The notes beneath the pieces are model-generated. The model was given only the letters and a program-made list of their open reading frames with translations. It was not told the origin of the DNA and made no database searches. The translations under genes and the position numbers were made by a program. 64,000 bases of DNA from Chiloscyllium plagiosum (lineage: Eukaryota), in NCBI RefSeq assembly GCF_004010195.1, contig NC_057718.1, forward strand, positions 60,506,137 through 60,570,136. The letters are read 5' to 3'. Positions 24,542-39,274 of this stretch are shown piece by piece (position 1 is the stretch's first letter; each line of letters starts with the position of its first letter).

Positions 24542-27500
24542 TTACTCTTCCCTTCTACAGAAGTAACGTAAAACTTGCAGAATTATGGTCCCTGTTCCTG
24601 AAATGCTCCCCAACTGAAACTTGGATAACCTGCTCAGACTCATTCCACAATACCAGGCCCCTTCCCCAGTTGGACTATATACATATTATTTCAAAAAGCT
24701 GTACTGGACACACCTTACAAATTCTCTCCCAGCAAGACCTCTGGCATTGAGTGAGTCCCAATCAATGTTTGGGAAGTTAAAGCTACCAACCACAACAACC
24801 ATATGGCTTTCCCACCTTTCCATAATCTGTCCGCATACCTGTTCCTCTATCACCTGCTGTTGGGAGACCTGTAGTACAATCCCAAAGTGTTTGTGCCCTT
24901 CCTATTCCTGAGCTCTACCCATTTACCCTTTATGCATGAGTCCTCCAAGGTGCTGTCCCTCTGTACAGTTATGATATTTTCCCTTATCAATAACACAACT
25001 ACCCCAGCTCTTTTACATCCCTCTCTATCTCACCTGAAACATCTAAATTTCAGCATGTTAAGCTGCAAGTCTTGCCCCTGTCTCAACCAAGTCTCTGTAA
25101 TAGTTACAACCTCATAGTTACATGTATTAATCCAAGCTTTAAATTCATCTGCCTTACCTTATATACGTCTCACATTAAAACCAATACACCTCAGACCACC
25201 AGTCCTGTCATGTTCAGCAACCTCTCCCTGTCAGTTCTCCCTCTTAGTCTCACTGATCTTAGTTTCTAACTCCTTCTTATGTAATTTTATTTGCTGACCT
25301 ACTGCTCTAGTTCCCATTCTTCTGCCATGCGAATTTAAACCCGCCGTATGTGGCACTTGCGAACCTTCCTGGCAGGATATCTGTGCCCCTCCAGTTCAGA
25401 GGAGAACACATTTTCACCCCTCCAGTTCAGGTCCAACCTGTCCTTCTTGTACAGGTCCTACTTGCTCTGGAAAACATCCCAATGATCCACCTACCTGAAG
25501 TTCTCTGTCCTATATATCTGTAGCCACATATTAAGTGTACTAGCTTCCTATTACTGTTCTCACTAGCACGTGGCACAGGAAATAATCCCAAGGTTACAGA
25601 TCTACAGGTCCTGCTTTTCAACTTGCTATCTAACTCCCTGAAATCCCATCACAGCCTCTCATCTTTCTTTCTACATATGTCGTCAGTACCAATATGGACC
25701 ACAGCCTCTGGTTGCTCACCCTTCCCCTTCAGAATGTTCAGTGCCCTCTCAGAGACAGCCTTTTCCTGGCACCAGGGAGGCAACACACTATCCTGGAATC
25801 TTGCTTGCTGCCACAGAAACCACTCTCTGTGCCCCTGACTACAGACTCTCTTATCACTACTGCTCACCTACACTTTGACCCTCCCTGCTATACAACAGTG
25901 CCAGTCATAATGCCAATCACTGTTGCTCCGGTTTTTCTCTAAGAGGCCATCATCCCCAACAGTATCCAAAGCAGTATACCTCTTTGAGAGGGGAATGGAC
26001 ACAGGGGAATTCTACACTGCCTGCCCACGCTTACTCATCTTCCTGGTGGTCACCCAACTCATGTCTGTCTGTGTGGACATTACTGGTGGTGTGACCAGAT
26101 CACGAAATGTGCTATTGATGACATTCTCAGCCTCATAGTGAGTCCACCTGCAGCACTAGGCACTCTATGTGGCAAATCAGGAGCTGCAGCTGAACACATT
26201 TCCTGTCAACTACATGGTCAACTACAAACAATAATCCAGGAACTGACTACACAACTTTACCCACTAGTCGCTTACTCTCACTCTCGATTCCTAGCTGACT
26301 ACAACTACAAAAAGTGTGTACATTATCCCTTCCCAGACAATACTCATTTAGTCTGGTTCCTGGGGAGCCAAGCCTGGGTCACTTTTTGAGTCATGACATC
26401 ACTTCTGGGATCCGCCCCAGATTCACACTGACAGACCCAGTTCCTCACATATTTATCCTGCTGCTGTTATTCACCCCCTGATTTACTCTCCCTCACTCTG
26501 TTGCTGCTGTTGTCACTGGTTAGACATACCGAGCAGGTGGCCAGTGGATTAGCTAACAATTTGTTAACTGTCTGTCTAAGTTGGTTGTCAGGTAGCTGCG
26601 CTGGATGAGTCTTATGATTTGTGATAACATGTTTCCAAGTGGAAGATCTCACAAAGGCAACCAAATAATGGAGCAGGGTAATGGAAGGGAGGCAGAGTAG
26701 AAAAGCACATCATTTCGATAGGCCTGACCTACAAAAATCTCCTGAGGCTGAGGACAGAATGATAGCTGGATGTCCATAGATGGAACTATCAATGCAGTAT
26801 TGTGGTATGAGCACTGATTGATTGATTAACCCTCAGGACTGCAGACTGGTGCTTGAAAACCTTCAGTGACCTGATAAGGACATTCAAGAAGGTCCTTGTT
26901 TTGTCTTATTAGGAAGTATACTGGAAAATAGGGAGACCATGGAGACAGTAATCTGCTTGAACGTTTCAGGTGACATTGTGTAGGCCTCTCATCTGTAGGC
27001 CTGCTCTACATCTGTTTCTGAGTTGGTGATTGAAATTATGAGTCATTTCTGGAGGGGATATCCCTGGTTATCAGCCAGCCAGGCTATGACCCATTGGCCT
27101 AACTGAAATAGAAGTGGGACATAGTATTCTCCCTGACTATTAGCATCATGGTTTGCCTGAGTGAGTTTGTCGCAAGGCAGGTCGGGTGCTGGGGCAGACC
27201 AACCAACATAGGACCCTGATTTTAATACAATAGCAAGGTTTATTTTTTTAAATACTACCACTGCCTGTCCTGGAAGTTACGCTTCCTGGACAGAATGGAC
27301 TCATGCGTAGCAGGTCGTATTTGACTCATTAATATGATATATCTTCAGAAAGAAACAAGTTAGGCTCGATAGAAACATAGGTCCTGATATCCTCGAACAC
27401 TGAAATGAAAAGGATGCAAAACAGTGAGGTCTCATTGTTGTAAAATTTACACCTATTAATTATCTTTAGTTATTTCTTGCATGTTAATGTATTGTGAATT

Positions 27501-30500
27501 ATCGTGCATATAAGATGTTTGTCGAAACATCAAATTGCAAGTTACAACATGGTACTTGTTATTCAGCTTCCTGTCCCAGATCGTCCTCACAGATAATCTA
27601 AAACTATATGGAGATGAATCTGTAAAAAAAAACTAAGTTCACACCATTTTAAAACTATAAGTTATATTGAACAGCATTTTAAATAATAATTAAAGATGGC
27701 AAAGGACTGTGCTTTTGTAGCAATTTCAAGTCAATGAAACAATTGTGTATGAGCTTTAAGTGTAAAAATAATCAGGTTCCCTACTGTCACCACTTATCTC
27801 AACTGCAGACAGCAATCTTTAAGATGTGAATTGAGTTCCCATCTAGCTGGAAGTTACTTATTTTATCCATTTCTGTTTTATTGAAGGGGAAAAAAAAAGT
27901 TCAACTGTGAGGGCCTGACAGTAATTAGCACAAGCTAGACATTAACAAACAAAGATTAGAACTAAGCTACAAATGGCACGTAGCCATGAGCAGAATGGTT
28001 ATAGGGTGCTTTTATCCCTCATGAATGTGAACATTAGATTAATAACATTGTTTAACAAAGTGCTGCATGCATTCTCTTATGGCATTCATTATCAAATCTT
28101 AAATCTGTGCAGATTTCTGAAAATGACTTTTAAATGTTAGAGTATTGTAGGAAAGGAGGCTTGATTTGCTAGTTGGGAGATCTTGCTGTGAGGTTTTAAT
28201 GAAAGATCATAGTGGCCCTACAAGGATCTTCAAGAAGCTATGGTCCCAGTAAAGCTTGAAATAATCTGTTTTACTTTTAATGGCAAGCATTTTATATTCA
28301 TTAGGATCAAAATGCCGTTTTGCAAGCAAATTGCAAAGCTATTCTACTCACAGCTTGAGAACCTAGAGGCCCTACAGCTTTTTTCATCCTGTTCATAAAT
28401 GCGCATGCTGTTAATATCCTAAATATGCTTTATTGCTCAGTGCCTTACATGCACTGTGTACTGTTATATGACATGTTTACAAGTTGCAAGGGCTAACATT
28501 ATGTTTAAAAAAATGCTAAGGCTCCCTTGAAATGCACAAATGCTTTTTTTTCTGTCTGGCACAGATGAAGGAATTTGATAACCTTTCTTTGGGTCTTAGG
28601 GTAAGTTGAATATGTCTGGTCTGCCATGACACAATTTAATAGGCTTCTGAAAACACTCAAAAGGCAGACACAAATGTGTGGATGGGCAACAAGCCAGAGT
28701 GACCTGGGGGATGGGTCCAGTCTGGGAGGGTAAGGTTGTGATGGAATGCCGAGGACAAAGCTTGTCAGGATTGTGCTTTCACAGCCTGTGAGCCGAGTGC
28801 TTACTTCACCAGACTTTCCTGCCTTAAATACAACTGTTCTGTTTGGTAGTTAAACCAGCTTAGACTTGCCATAACCATATCAATGATTCACTTTTCTTTC
28901 ATCTGTTGTCGAACTTTACAACACTTTGATGTGAACTCTTTGCACACTTAAAAAAATCTTTATGCTTTTTTACCTTATCAAAAAAATCCATTATTACCCT
29001 GCTGTGATTCGCCTTTCCTATTGAAGGGAGTTTAATTTCTTTGAAATCCATTTACCAGTATTAATGGTCTAAGACTCCATTAAAATATGATTTTAGAAAT
29101 GTATTGCTATCCTCCTTTTACTTTACGTTTTTGAATAATCTTTTTTTCCTCCCTCCTCTTGAATGTATTGTTGCTTTCTGTAGTTTGGTTTGTAATTGAA
29201 CGTTTTCCTCTGAAATACTTTGCCGGAATAGCATGTCCTGAGTCGTGATGTCAACAGGCTATTCCAACATGGAGGGCATCACAGCTCAGCCTGATCCTAT
29301 TCTCAGCTAAAGGCTTTACATAGGCAATTTCAGCAGAGAAAACCCGAGTTGATTTTTATCACACTTAGCTGAGACCCTGACTACTACTTTGGCTGAAATC
29401 AGCTATTTTAGAGCCAATCTGGTATTGAATCTGAGATCATCTTGATACATGGTGGAGGACCACACAGAGTGATGCACTGATCTATAGCACAGCCTCAGGG
29501 AAGCTGAGTTTGTTTTTTTTTAAATGGTGTATTTATTCCTGCAACATTGTCTCTGCTAACAGTGAAGTGATGGGAAATAATTCAACCTTGAGCATATTTG
29601 CCCTGTACAGAATTTCCCTTTCTCTAAAGTTCACCTAGTTAAATGAAAGCTTTGTTTCTCTAACAAACATGTAAACTGCACTTCATTGTATCAGCATTGT
29701 AATGTATGCATTCCTGTTCAAGACACTTTATCCAGAGTGCCAGGTTTAATGGTAACAAATAACACAATTTCTGTCTGCTTAGACAACAGAAATCAATTCC
29801 CTTATTTTATGAAAACTGTGTTTTTAATATTTTTCATATGTTTCCATTTAGCAAGCTGGATAACAAAACAGAATGAATAACACAATGGATATCATCATCA
29901 AATTTTAATAGTACAGCATTCTGTGATAATAAAGCATTAAAACTAGTCTTATTTCCTTCTGATACTTTCTTGGGTTATATATGGGATAGTGGACACTAGG
30001 GAGTATGACACAAGGCTGCAATCGGTTGTGATTTATTGTTATTTTGTTGAGGTGTTGGTGACCAGAGAAACTTCTCCGAGGAGCTAAGTGGTGAGCAGGT
30101 GCTCACCAGAGAATTGGTGACAGCACCAAATGTTGCAGTCAGGGTATAATTAGTATGTTACTGGGTGCTGGTATTCTAAATCACACATATTTGTTCTGTG
30201 ACCTGATACTGAAGTATGCTATATAGTGTTCAGCACTTTATTTCTTGCAACATATTAAATTATGACTTCCGGATTACAGATAATATTACATTGCATTTCA
30301 ACAATTCAATTAAATTTCATTACCTTTCCCTTTTGTAAATAGATTCCATTGTACTTGTTCAGGACATTATCGTGTATAATTAGAACCTATAACCAAAAGC
30401 TTGGTGAGAGAATTGGAATTACATCAATCAGCATATTCTGTTTTTTCTTGTTTTTCTCCTCACTTGCCAAACAAATGCAATTCATACCTTTCCCTAATTC

Positions 30501-33500
30501 TGTTGAACTAATGCTGCCAGATTCTGTTTTAACCATCTCTGTTGGGCAGAAGGAAAGATGGCAGTAACATGTGTAAAGGATATTTCAGTGTGTTTTGACA
30601 ATAATGTAATCTAGAGAAAGTGTTAGCCCCCTTGCAGAGGTCATCATTCTTAATACAGTGCATGTCATCAATTCTCAGGACAACAGGAAAAATGATCCAG
30701 TCAATACATATGAAATAGAAATCATGCATAAACATGCTGTCTTGCTATAAACAGGGTGACACCGATGAGAATTGGATATCAGTCTGGGATGCAATTTTCC
30801 ATAACTTTTTATTATTCATAAGATCTTGTGATCTAATAAGCCACACCTCAAATTACTGTCCATTGAAGGCACTGCTGAGTGATGTATTCTGACAGTGCTG
30901 AGAAAGAATATATTATGATTAAGATCAGATGCCAACATCACTGGACCCTAAGCTGCTGCCTATTTTCAGTTTTCTTCCATCAATTTCTTTTTATTTTTTT
31001 AATCTTCAAAACCTTGAAAAAGCATGAATCTGTGCATCACAAATTGACAAAGGAATGATTTTACTCACTGATGTTGCTAGAGGCTCTCCTTTTTAATTCA
31101 TCAAATGTAGAAAAACAGGCGTAGCCAGTATCTACAAGCCACATTCCAAAGGGAGATGTTTTCAATTCAGTCATTATAAAAAGGTCAGACTGGTTCAAGT
31201 TCAATGCCATGGAAAAGAAGCACTCTCTATAAGGAGTACCACCCACGCATGAAAGTGGAGGGAGAGAATTAGATGAACTATGTAACCTAATTTTTTGGGC
31301 AAATACAAGAAAATTAGCCTTCTGTGCTATTTGAATTTAAAACCACACATTAACAATTCGACTCTGAAAGGTGACAGAAACCACAACAAAGTAAACATGC
31401 TCCCTAAACCATTCTGCTGTAATGATGTTATTAGTATGCATGTTGCTGAGCCCAGATACAGCCTTTAACAGTTTGAGTCCTTTTTTTTGTGTGCATGGCT
31501 TTAGACTACATTCAAAGCAAGGCACTCAACAGACCAACGTACCAAAGGATAGATTCAGAGATAATTCATATCTGCAAATAGAACATGACCACCATGTCCA
31601 TCTTCACTGCAAACCATTGTCTGCAGTGATATTAGGTGATATCTCTTGGCAGACAACAGAAGTGCTAACATAACAGCTTGTGCATATTAATGTCTCTGAA
31701 TCAATTCTGCCACTGACCAGTATAGGAAGAAAATATTTGAATACTCCTCACGATTAGCATGGTATAAAATATATTTTATATCTCAGAATAGGTGTTAAAA
31801 AAAACCCTGTAAATCATAAAGACACAGCATCTTATTCTGCATAATGATATTCAGAATCCTGTGTTTGAAGCAGTGCAGGATGGGCTAGCATTCCCAAAGC
31901 ATGAATAGGTCGCAAATGAACAAATACATCTTCCGCTGATTTCTGAAACATTTAAGTGTATTTATCATAAAGGCCACATTTAGAAAACTACTTTAGAAAG
32001 AAAAGTTACATATTGCCAAAGGGCACAGAACTGAAATAAAGATGGTAGGTAACATAACAATAGGACTATACAGAACATTAAATCCAAACCGTAATGACCA
32101 AAATTTGCATCACTTTAATTGTTTTTTATTGAAAACACATGGCAATTCAGAGACTGAACCACTGCTAACAAAATCTGACTAAATTAGCATTGGTTCAGGC
32201 CATAAAGAAAAACTCAATCAGTTTAAAGGTGTGTTGTAGTGTAAGGAATTCAAGTAATTTTAATGACAATTTAGCACAACTTAGGCTCAACAAAGCCACA
32301 CTGTCACCAATGGTAATGCACTTGTTCAATGGTATTAAAGATGTTGTTAGACTGTATGCCTGCAGAAATTTTGTTTCAGTAATGCCATTTTGAAGCATTT
32401 AAACGTTGAGGTCTGTTTACTGATTGCAGTGAAAAAGCTTCAAAGACACTTACTGAAGAGATTACATCAGATATTCAGTCAGCCCTCGGGACAGGTACTA
32501 CAAAGTAATACAAGTGAATGGTTAACAGCATCAATGTTTGCTCACATTACATACATTTTTAAAAAAGCAATTGTGTACCAGCTGTAAGAACTGTAATACC
32601 AATTTCATATAGGCAAGTTATGTTCATGAAGAATTGAAACACAAATCCAAATTATTCTAGAAAAGTTAAGAAAAATTGGGAAAATTTGAATTTGATTACT
32701 GTTTGGACTGCTCAATATTCAATTTTGCCTTTGCTTTATGAAAATTACTAGGTAGAACACTTTAAATTTACATTTGTTTTGATTAATCGGTCCCTTCCAC
32801 ATCTTCCAAGTTGCTAAAAGAAAATACTTGGCTATTAAAAAGAAAGTACTGAAGTTTCGTTCTTGAGTTGGGACCGTGGTGTCGGATGCATTTCTGAGAC
32901 ACAGCCTAGAAGCACAACAATGCCTGACACTTGGCTTAATTTTAAGCGACACACCAATTAGTGTCTAGGATATGAGCTTGCCTTCCTAGTATGGATGAAA
33001 GCTGGGCCCCCCGAGGTTGGACAACCAATAGGAATTGCCCCATCATGAAAAGATCAGCAGTGTCACTGCCCAAGGTTGGAACTGATGATGGGAGAGAGAG
33101 CATGTCTCAAGGTAAGGGTGGCCTCTGATGACCATGTTTACAGATATGTAGTGAAAGGCTGGCACATTTCCCGGTCATTGGAAATTGCAACTCCATCCAC
33201 CTCTGCTCCAGCGTCCTCTGGTGTAACAAAAGTCCTGCTCAATAAGTCAGCAGAATTTGCTTTTTAGTGTGCTCCCCATGGCAAACTTCCTGTATTGGTG
33301 AAATGGTGGTGGATGCATTTATTATGGCAGTCTAATGACTTGACCCTTTTTTAGTGTGGCTTTCTTTTATTTATGTTCTGTTTTATGAGGAAGTTGTGTT
33401 GTCTGTTTTTCAATGACCTTGGTAATCTATTTTATGCTGTAACACTCTAGTAGTGCTCAGAATGTGCCTGCTTCTCTTTGGAAAATTTCATGTACTGACA

Positions 33501-36500
33501 TTGACTGGTTCTCCGGAGGTATTAGTGGAAGATCAATTCAATGAAACTCTAGTGAAGCTATGTAATTAGTTTTGTGAGTTCCCATAAGGCCTGGTATCTA
33601 TCCATCTCTCCCAATTTCTCGTGGTGGTAAGTGTTTAGTTTAATAGTGATATACAGAGAATATTTAACTCTGAAGAACTCCTGCAAACATATATGACCAG
33701 GTACCGAGGGGTCTTGTTGAACTGGTAGAACTATTTTCCAGGCATTACAGGACATTATTAGAACTATGCTTCTATTTCTGTTAGGGAGGGTTGAGTACTA
33801 CATTGATGATGATCATGGGTCTGTTGAAAGACTAAATAAAGGATACAGGGGAGTGATTGGGCAATAGGTACATGAAATCAGTTGTAGTGATGTTAACTCA
33901 TGGATAAAGTGCTCAGTTTAGGTGTCATTAAGTAAGTGTCTAGGTTTGCCATCGAGGTTTAGAGGCTGGACATGTAATTTATATGTCACTGATAGTGTGG
34001 AAGCAGTGACCCAATATTCAATAAGTGCCTTTGACTTCGCAGTTTCATTTATTTTTATAACTTGTTCTTTTTGTTGCTTTTCATTGATTTTTGTAGAGTG
34101 CACTGTTGTTCATCTGATAATCATCAAAACAACTGTGTACACATTTAATAGATCCGTATAAACAAGAACCCTTGTATATTTCCTTGACAATTCATTGTTA
34201 TTGCAGAACTGAGTCTGTTAGAAATGATGTTGTACCATAACCCACTCCTGTCCTTGCAATCCATGTTCATTTTTCTGTTTCAGCATCAACAACAGCGCTG
34301 TATTTGGCAGAGTCCACCATGTACAGTTATTCTTATTCTGTTAACACAGTTTGAATTCATGGTTCTCATTTCCGCATTTTCTGATGCCTGGATTATGCTT
34401 AGAGAGATCTAAAAGATTGAAGAGGGTAGGCTGAGAGGTCAACTAGATAAACCTCAATTATAGAATGTACTCTAACTATGGTCACCAACTACTTGCTGTA
34501 GGGAGTACCAATCAAGGGACAGTGGCTTGCAACAGGAGTCTTAGTGCCTATCATTGCAATAGCATTGCTTTACTGACATGATAGGGTCCTCCATATTCAT
34601 TCCTGATAACTGCTGCAAATCTGTAAGCTAATAAGGATTATAAATGAACTTCTTCCAAAATTAGCTTATTGAAAATATTTTTGTTTCAAGTAGAAATTGA
34701 TACTTCAACTTGCAATTGCCATTATAATGTACTGCCACTGTGCTACTATTTGAGGTTTTTAGCACCTTTTGGCAAGCAATAGATTTTGTTCCACAAAGTT
34801 TGAGGAGGCATTTTTATCTTCTCTTATCAATTATAATGTAACCCCAGTGTTTGAGACATGCTAATAATGTCTCTTGCAAGCTTACACATAATAATTTATC
34901 TTGCAAATGTCAAATCACACAAATAAAAATAAACTGAATTAGTGCCACCTTCAACCTGGAGAACTAATTGGACTCCTTAACTTCAGTGGAACCTTTCAAA
35001 GTATAATATTTGTTCCTTGTGGATCAAAATGACTAATTTTTTGGAATAGATTTCTTTTAGTTAACTTGTGGCATTCTTTCTGTGTTCCACAAGGTACATC
35101 ACATTTTGCTATACCACAATTCTGTGCTGTTACTAATGTCCCCAGCTCCTCAAACCCATCATTTGCTAAGGCACATTTATTTTGTGGAGACAATAAAGGA
35201 ATCAATATTGATGCCTGAGGTGCCCCTGTTGCTGTCTAATTAATTTTTATGAGGCATGTCAGCCACAAGCAGCATGCTGCACAATAATCCACTGAGGAGT
35301 GAAGTACACATGGAACATCACTTTTAAACTAAAACTTAGTCATACAGACTGGGAAAGCCTCAGATTTGATCCCTAGGAGGGCTAATTTAGTTGCTAGGCT
35401 AAGCAAAAGGACAACATGACAATTTGTCCCAGCAATCCCCAGATTAGGGAGGATCCACAGTGCTGATTGTTACTTGGTAGTCTCTGCTAGGACTCCTATT
35501 AGTAGATAAAGGAAAAGACTTGTGTTTATATAGCACATTTCCTGATCTGAGGCTGTCCTAAAGCACATCAGAGCCAATAAACAGTTTTGAAATATATAGC
35601 TGAATGTTATTAAGCAGCTGTATAGCCTAGCCCTAACACCAGTGGAATGATGTCTTGCCCATGAGAGTTTTTGGCCAGCTGGTCAATCTCATTGGCTTGC
35701 AGCTCTTTAAGTCTCAGTAGCAACACAACTCAGAAATGAACACTGCTGGAACTGCAAGCATCTCCATGAAGAAGACCGATGTTAACCAGAAACAGGTATG
35801 TTCTAAACTTTTTGGATAAAGAGGCATCTGGAAGGGGGAAAGGCAGGGGGTGGGGAGGGATGTGGGGAGATTTCTAAAGTACAGCCTGGATGTTGCAAAC
35901 TAAGGAATGTGACTTAGGGAGGTGCTTATGAAGCACACTCCCTGAAGAATGTAACACCTTTCTTTCATGATGGTGGTTGCAAGATGAGCATTAGCCAAGA
36001 CATCAGATTAATTATAAGAGCTGTAAAGACTCATCTGGACCTAACTGCAAAATTAGTAGGTGACTTAATTGTCTTTTTTTAAATTTTGTAGTCAATTAGA
36101 TGGCAGTTTCAGCATTCTCTCCTAAACTACTGCTTTAGTCTAACTAATCATACCAATGTTTCAAAATAATTTTTCCCTTGTAGAATGCATCATGCATTCA
36201 TAAACCTGGTAATAGACAATAAAACAAAATCCTTTGTGTGCAAGCATAACCATTAGAAAAGTTGGCTCTGAAACTTTGCTTATGCTTCATAAAATCAAAA
36301 GTAGTGTTGATTAATGAGAACAATTACACTACTTGGTTTAGCTTAATGACATTTCCCACTACAGTTACAATGGATATGTTTCGTGGGGACACGTGAAGCT
36401 TAGCAATACTTCATAGCAACGCTATATATCTCATTGCTTCATAGCAACACCACCCATCCCATTGCATCAGGACTGAGACTCATGCTCTAATCATTGCAGA

Positions 36501-37980
36501 ATTAAACATTTCTTTTTCAAAGCTCTCTGTTAGTCACTGTAACAATGCTGCCATTTCTCAGCATTTTCATGGTATAAATACATTCTAGCTGATGGGATGC
36601 AATTATTTTCTCAACTGAAACCCACTGGTGTTGGTCACAGTAAGTGAAGGATGGTATTGCATCAATATTACTTTGGGAAGGCTGTTCTGTCTGGAAGAAA
36701 AGCAGACAGTAAAGACAGTTAACAACAACAATATAGAACTGTTGCAGTCATTGCACAGCTTTGACATATGCCATGCTGTTTGCCTATGGCAGGTGGCTCA
36801 ATGAGCTCAGAGAAGCTAGTGAGAAAAGTAAGCCTTGCCAGAATATTTTTTACAACAACCAGAACTCTCTGTCAGCGTCATCGCCACCACAGTAACCAAC
36901 ATGTTGTGAACATAGATATTGTGAGATAGGAGTGTCCTTTAAGACAGTTTGTGTAATGTAAGAAGTAGAAGTGTTCTGCAAATATGATTGAATGGGAGCA
37001 CAGTAGACTTGTCTTATTACTGAGGTTAAGATAACTGACATGGCTAAAGGATCCCAAAGTACAACTTCTAAACTACAGTTGTTTGAAATATCAATTGCTG
37101 CAGCTATGGCTTTATTAGCGAGGCTTCTTTTCTGGATACTTATTTATCCACCAGATGAAGCCTGGTTCTGGCAGTAATGCTGCATATTTGATAAATTCTT
37201 GACTAAAATGTACAGAAATAGAAAATTAGATAGTGTGTCGCTAATGAACTAACACAGTGCTCTCGATGAAAAAGACCAGTTCTCTTAAATTTTATTCAAA
37301 ACTAAAACTCACACACCCCAGTACACAGCTTTAAAAGAAATATAGATGGAAAGGGAATTTGCATGAAGGACCGAAACTCGTGGCACATCTACTGAAGTGC
37401 TTCATTAGTATTTTCTAATTGCACTATCTCAGAATTAAAAAGTGCAAATTCATTGATCATTTACTCTTCTAACAGCAGGAAGACAATCATAGCACCTCAA
37501 CCATGGCAAAGTTTTTCTCTCTTTCTTTCTCGCTCAGTCTTTTGGAATTGTCTTTATGATGATCTACACAGCTGTGCGAGTGCCTTAGTATGCTCTGAAT
37601 TACAAAAATTGGTACATAAAACAAATAGGTAGCGGAGTGGCCCTGCTGGGCTGTATCAGTTAGTCATAGTGCATAGGTCTTCTTGTAAAAGTAATTCGCA
37701 CTTAGGCACAGCATCGCTCCTTTAATTACCACCAGATACCATTTACGCTGCTCAGACAAGCCCGAGATAATGGGCAGGAGGGAAGGCAGACTCACAGTCA
37801 CAGGGGCTTGCAAGTAGATTCCAGCTTCCTCGGTGCATAATATTGTATTGCTCTTGCATGAGTGCTGTTCTATTACTGTTCTAAGTTTCAATGAAGTTTT
37901 GGGACATTTTTAATAGATTTTTTGTTTCAGTTTAATAAATAAATACAATAAATTAGTACTTGAATTTTTTTTCTCCCCAG

Positions 37981-39110
37981 GGGCTAGATTAGATAGCCTC
38001 CAATGTCGGCCATAGGGACTGTGCTGTGCAATTAACCCACGCCTGTTCAAAGTGGTACAGACAGCATGCAAACTTCACGCTACCTGCTAATTATAATTAT
38101 TGTGGCATGCAGTCCAATGCTGAATGTGTTGGTGAGTAGCTGCTTGCCTCAGCAAGGCGGCACCACTTAAAGCTGTCTTACACTACTTAAAACCAGATAA
38201 TTAGAGTTCAGATGCATTTTGGCTCTAGCATGGACAGGAATTTCTTATTTGTTTTTCTGAATCTGCTCATGGGATGTAGGCATGTCACTAACTAGGCGAG
38301 AATTGTTGCCCATCCCTAATCTCCTGAGAGAGCATTGTGGTGAGCTGCCTTCTTAAACTAGGATTTTCACTCTATCGACGTTTCACATGGCAGGGAGAAA
38401 TGACAATATAGTGCCACATCTAAATGGCTTGGAGATGGTAGTGGAGAATTGAAGATTGGAAGGAATACACAAAAATGGCATAACAGATCAGAGAGCATGC
38501 CATGAGGTTTTCAGCTGATTGCCTTGGGGCTGGAAGTGTTCAGGAAGAGGGAAGCCTACAGGAGGCCAGGAGGCACTCCAGACATGTATGGAGAGGACAG
38601 TTGAAGCAAATAGCCATTGCAGTCAATGACAGCAATCTAGTCCTGAGGATCTGGGTCCAGTAGTACAAAGCATTAAAAAGCTTACGAGGGTGATCAAGGT
38701 CAGTAAATTCATCTTCACATGTAAAATACTAGTTTCTTTACCACTCAACCGCCATTACTCAAAGCTCACCTTCACAACCTCAGCTCAAGCTTGCACACTT
38801 AACAACTCAAAAAGCACATTCTTATCTCTCAGTTTGTACATACTGTCAGCTATTACACTCTTATAGGCACATCAGCCAGTGGATCACTTCACTGCCAACA
38901 GCTGTCACCCTCTTTTGCAGGGTAATGTGGCCCATCATCGACCAATTCAACAAGTAACCAATGAGGGGGACATGGAGGGGAAGTGAATAGGACAGGAACA
39001 GCTACATCTACTCATCCCCATTAAGGTGTGCATGCTGGCTGTAACCAATAATACATCACCAAACAGGATGTCATTGAAACAGTGGTCAGATTAGGGCATA
39101 AACCTTTGAG
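37981..39110 (+). mobile_element. Decayed Harbinger-like DNA transposon: Myb/SANT-like ORF remnant with intron
   Basis: 38605-38700 reads KQIAIAVNDSNLVLRIWVQ*YK..LTRVIK|gtcagt; after ttttgcag at about 38920 it reads GNVAHHRPIQQVTNEG. This resembles the Myb/SANT W..IA..VN....R.W.QC.KKF and H..RE..KTGGG motifs. A GGGCTAGATT start sits at 37981. Confidence 0.55.
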
Positions 39111-39274
39111 ATAATGGTATTTCTACTTTAACCTGAACCATGATAAATTGGAAAACGGCCGACATGAACTAAATCAATATAGTCACTGATCACATTGTGG
39201 ACATGCCTTGTGGTTCTGACTGACCCCACACTATTCCTGGAACAACTTGACATTTGATGGATATTCTGGAATTT

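Larger units (their letters stand above)
21385..26250 (-). mobile_element. Near full-length CR1 LINE with an internal inversion-duplication (22136-22706) and two nested inserts
   Basis: Minus ORFs 21823-22140, 22715-22945, 23005-23241 (WKIANVVTLFKKG); APE remnants at about 24550-25190; ORF1 esterase (VVHIGTDD) at 25649-25867. Confidence 0.88.

Noticed and set aside
27043..32398. Short ORFs 27043-27261 and 32195-32398 resembling polycystin (PKD1-like) segments
   Set aside because: Resemblance is limited to a few residues, their order is wrong for one minus-strand gene, and I found no supporting splice sites.
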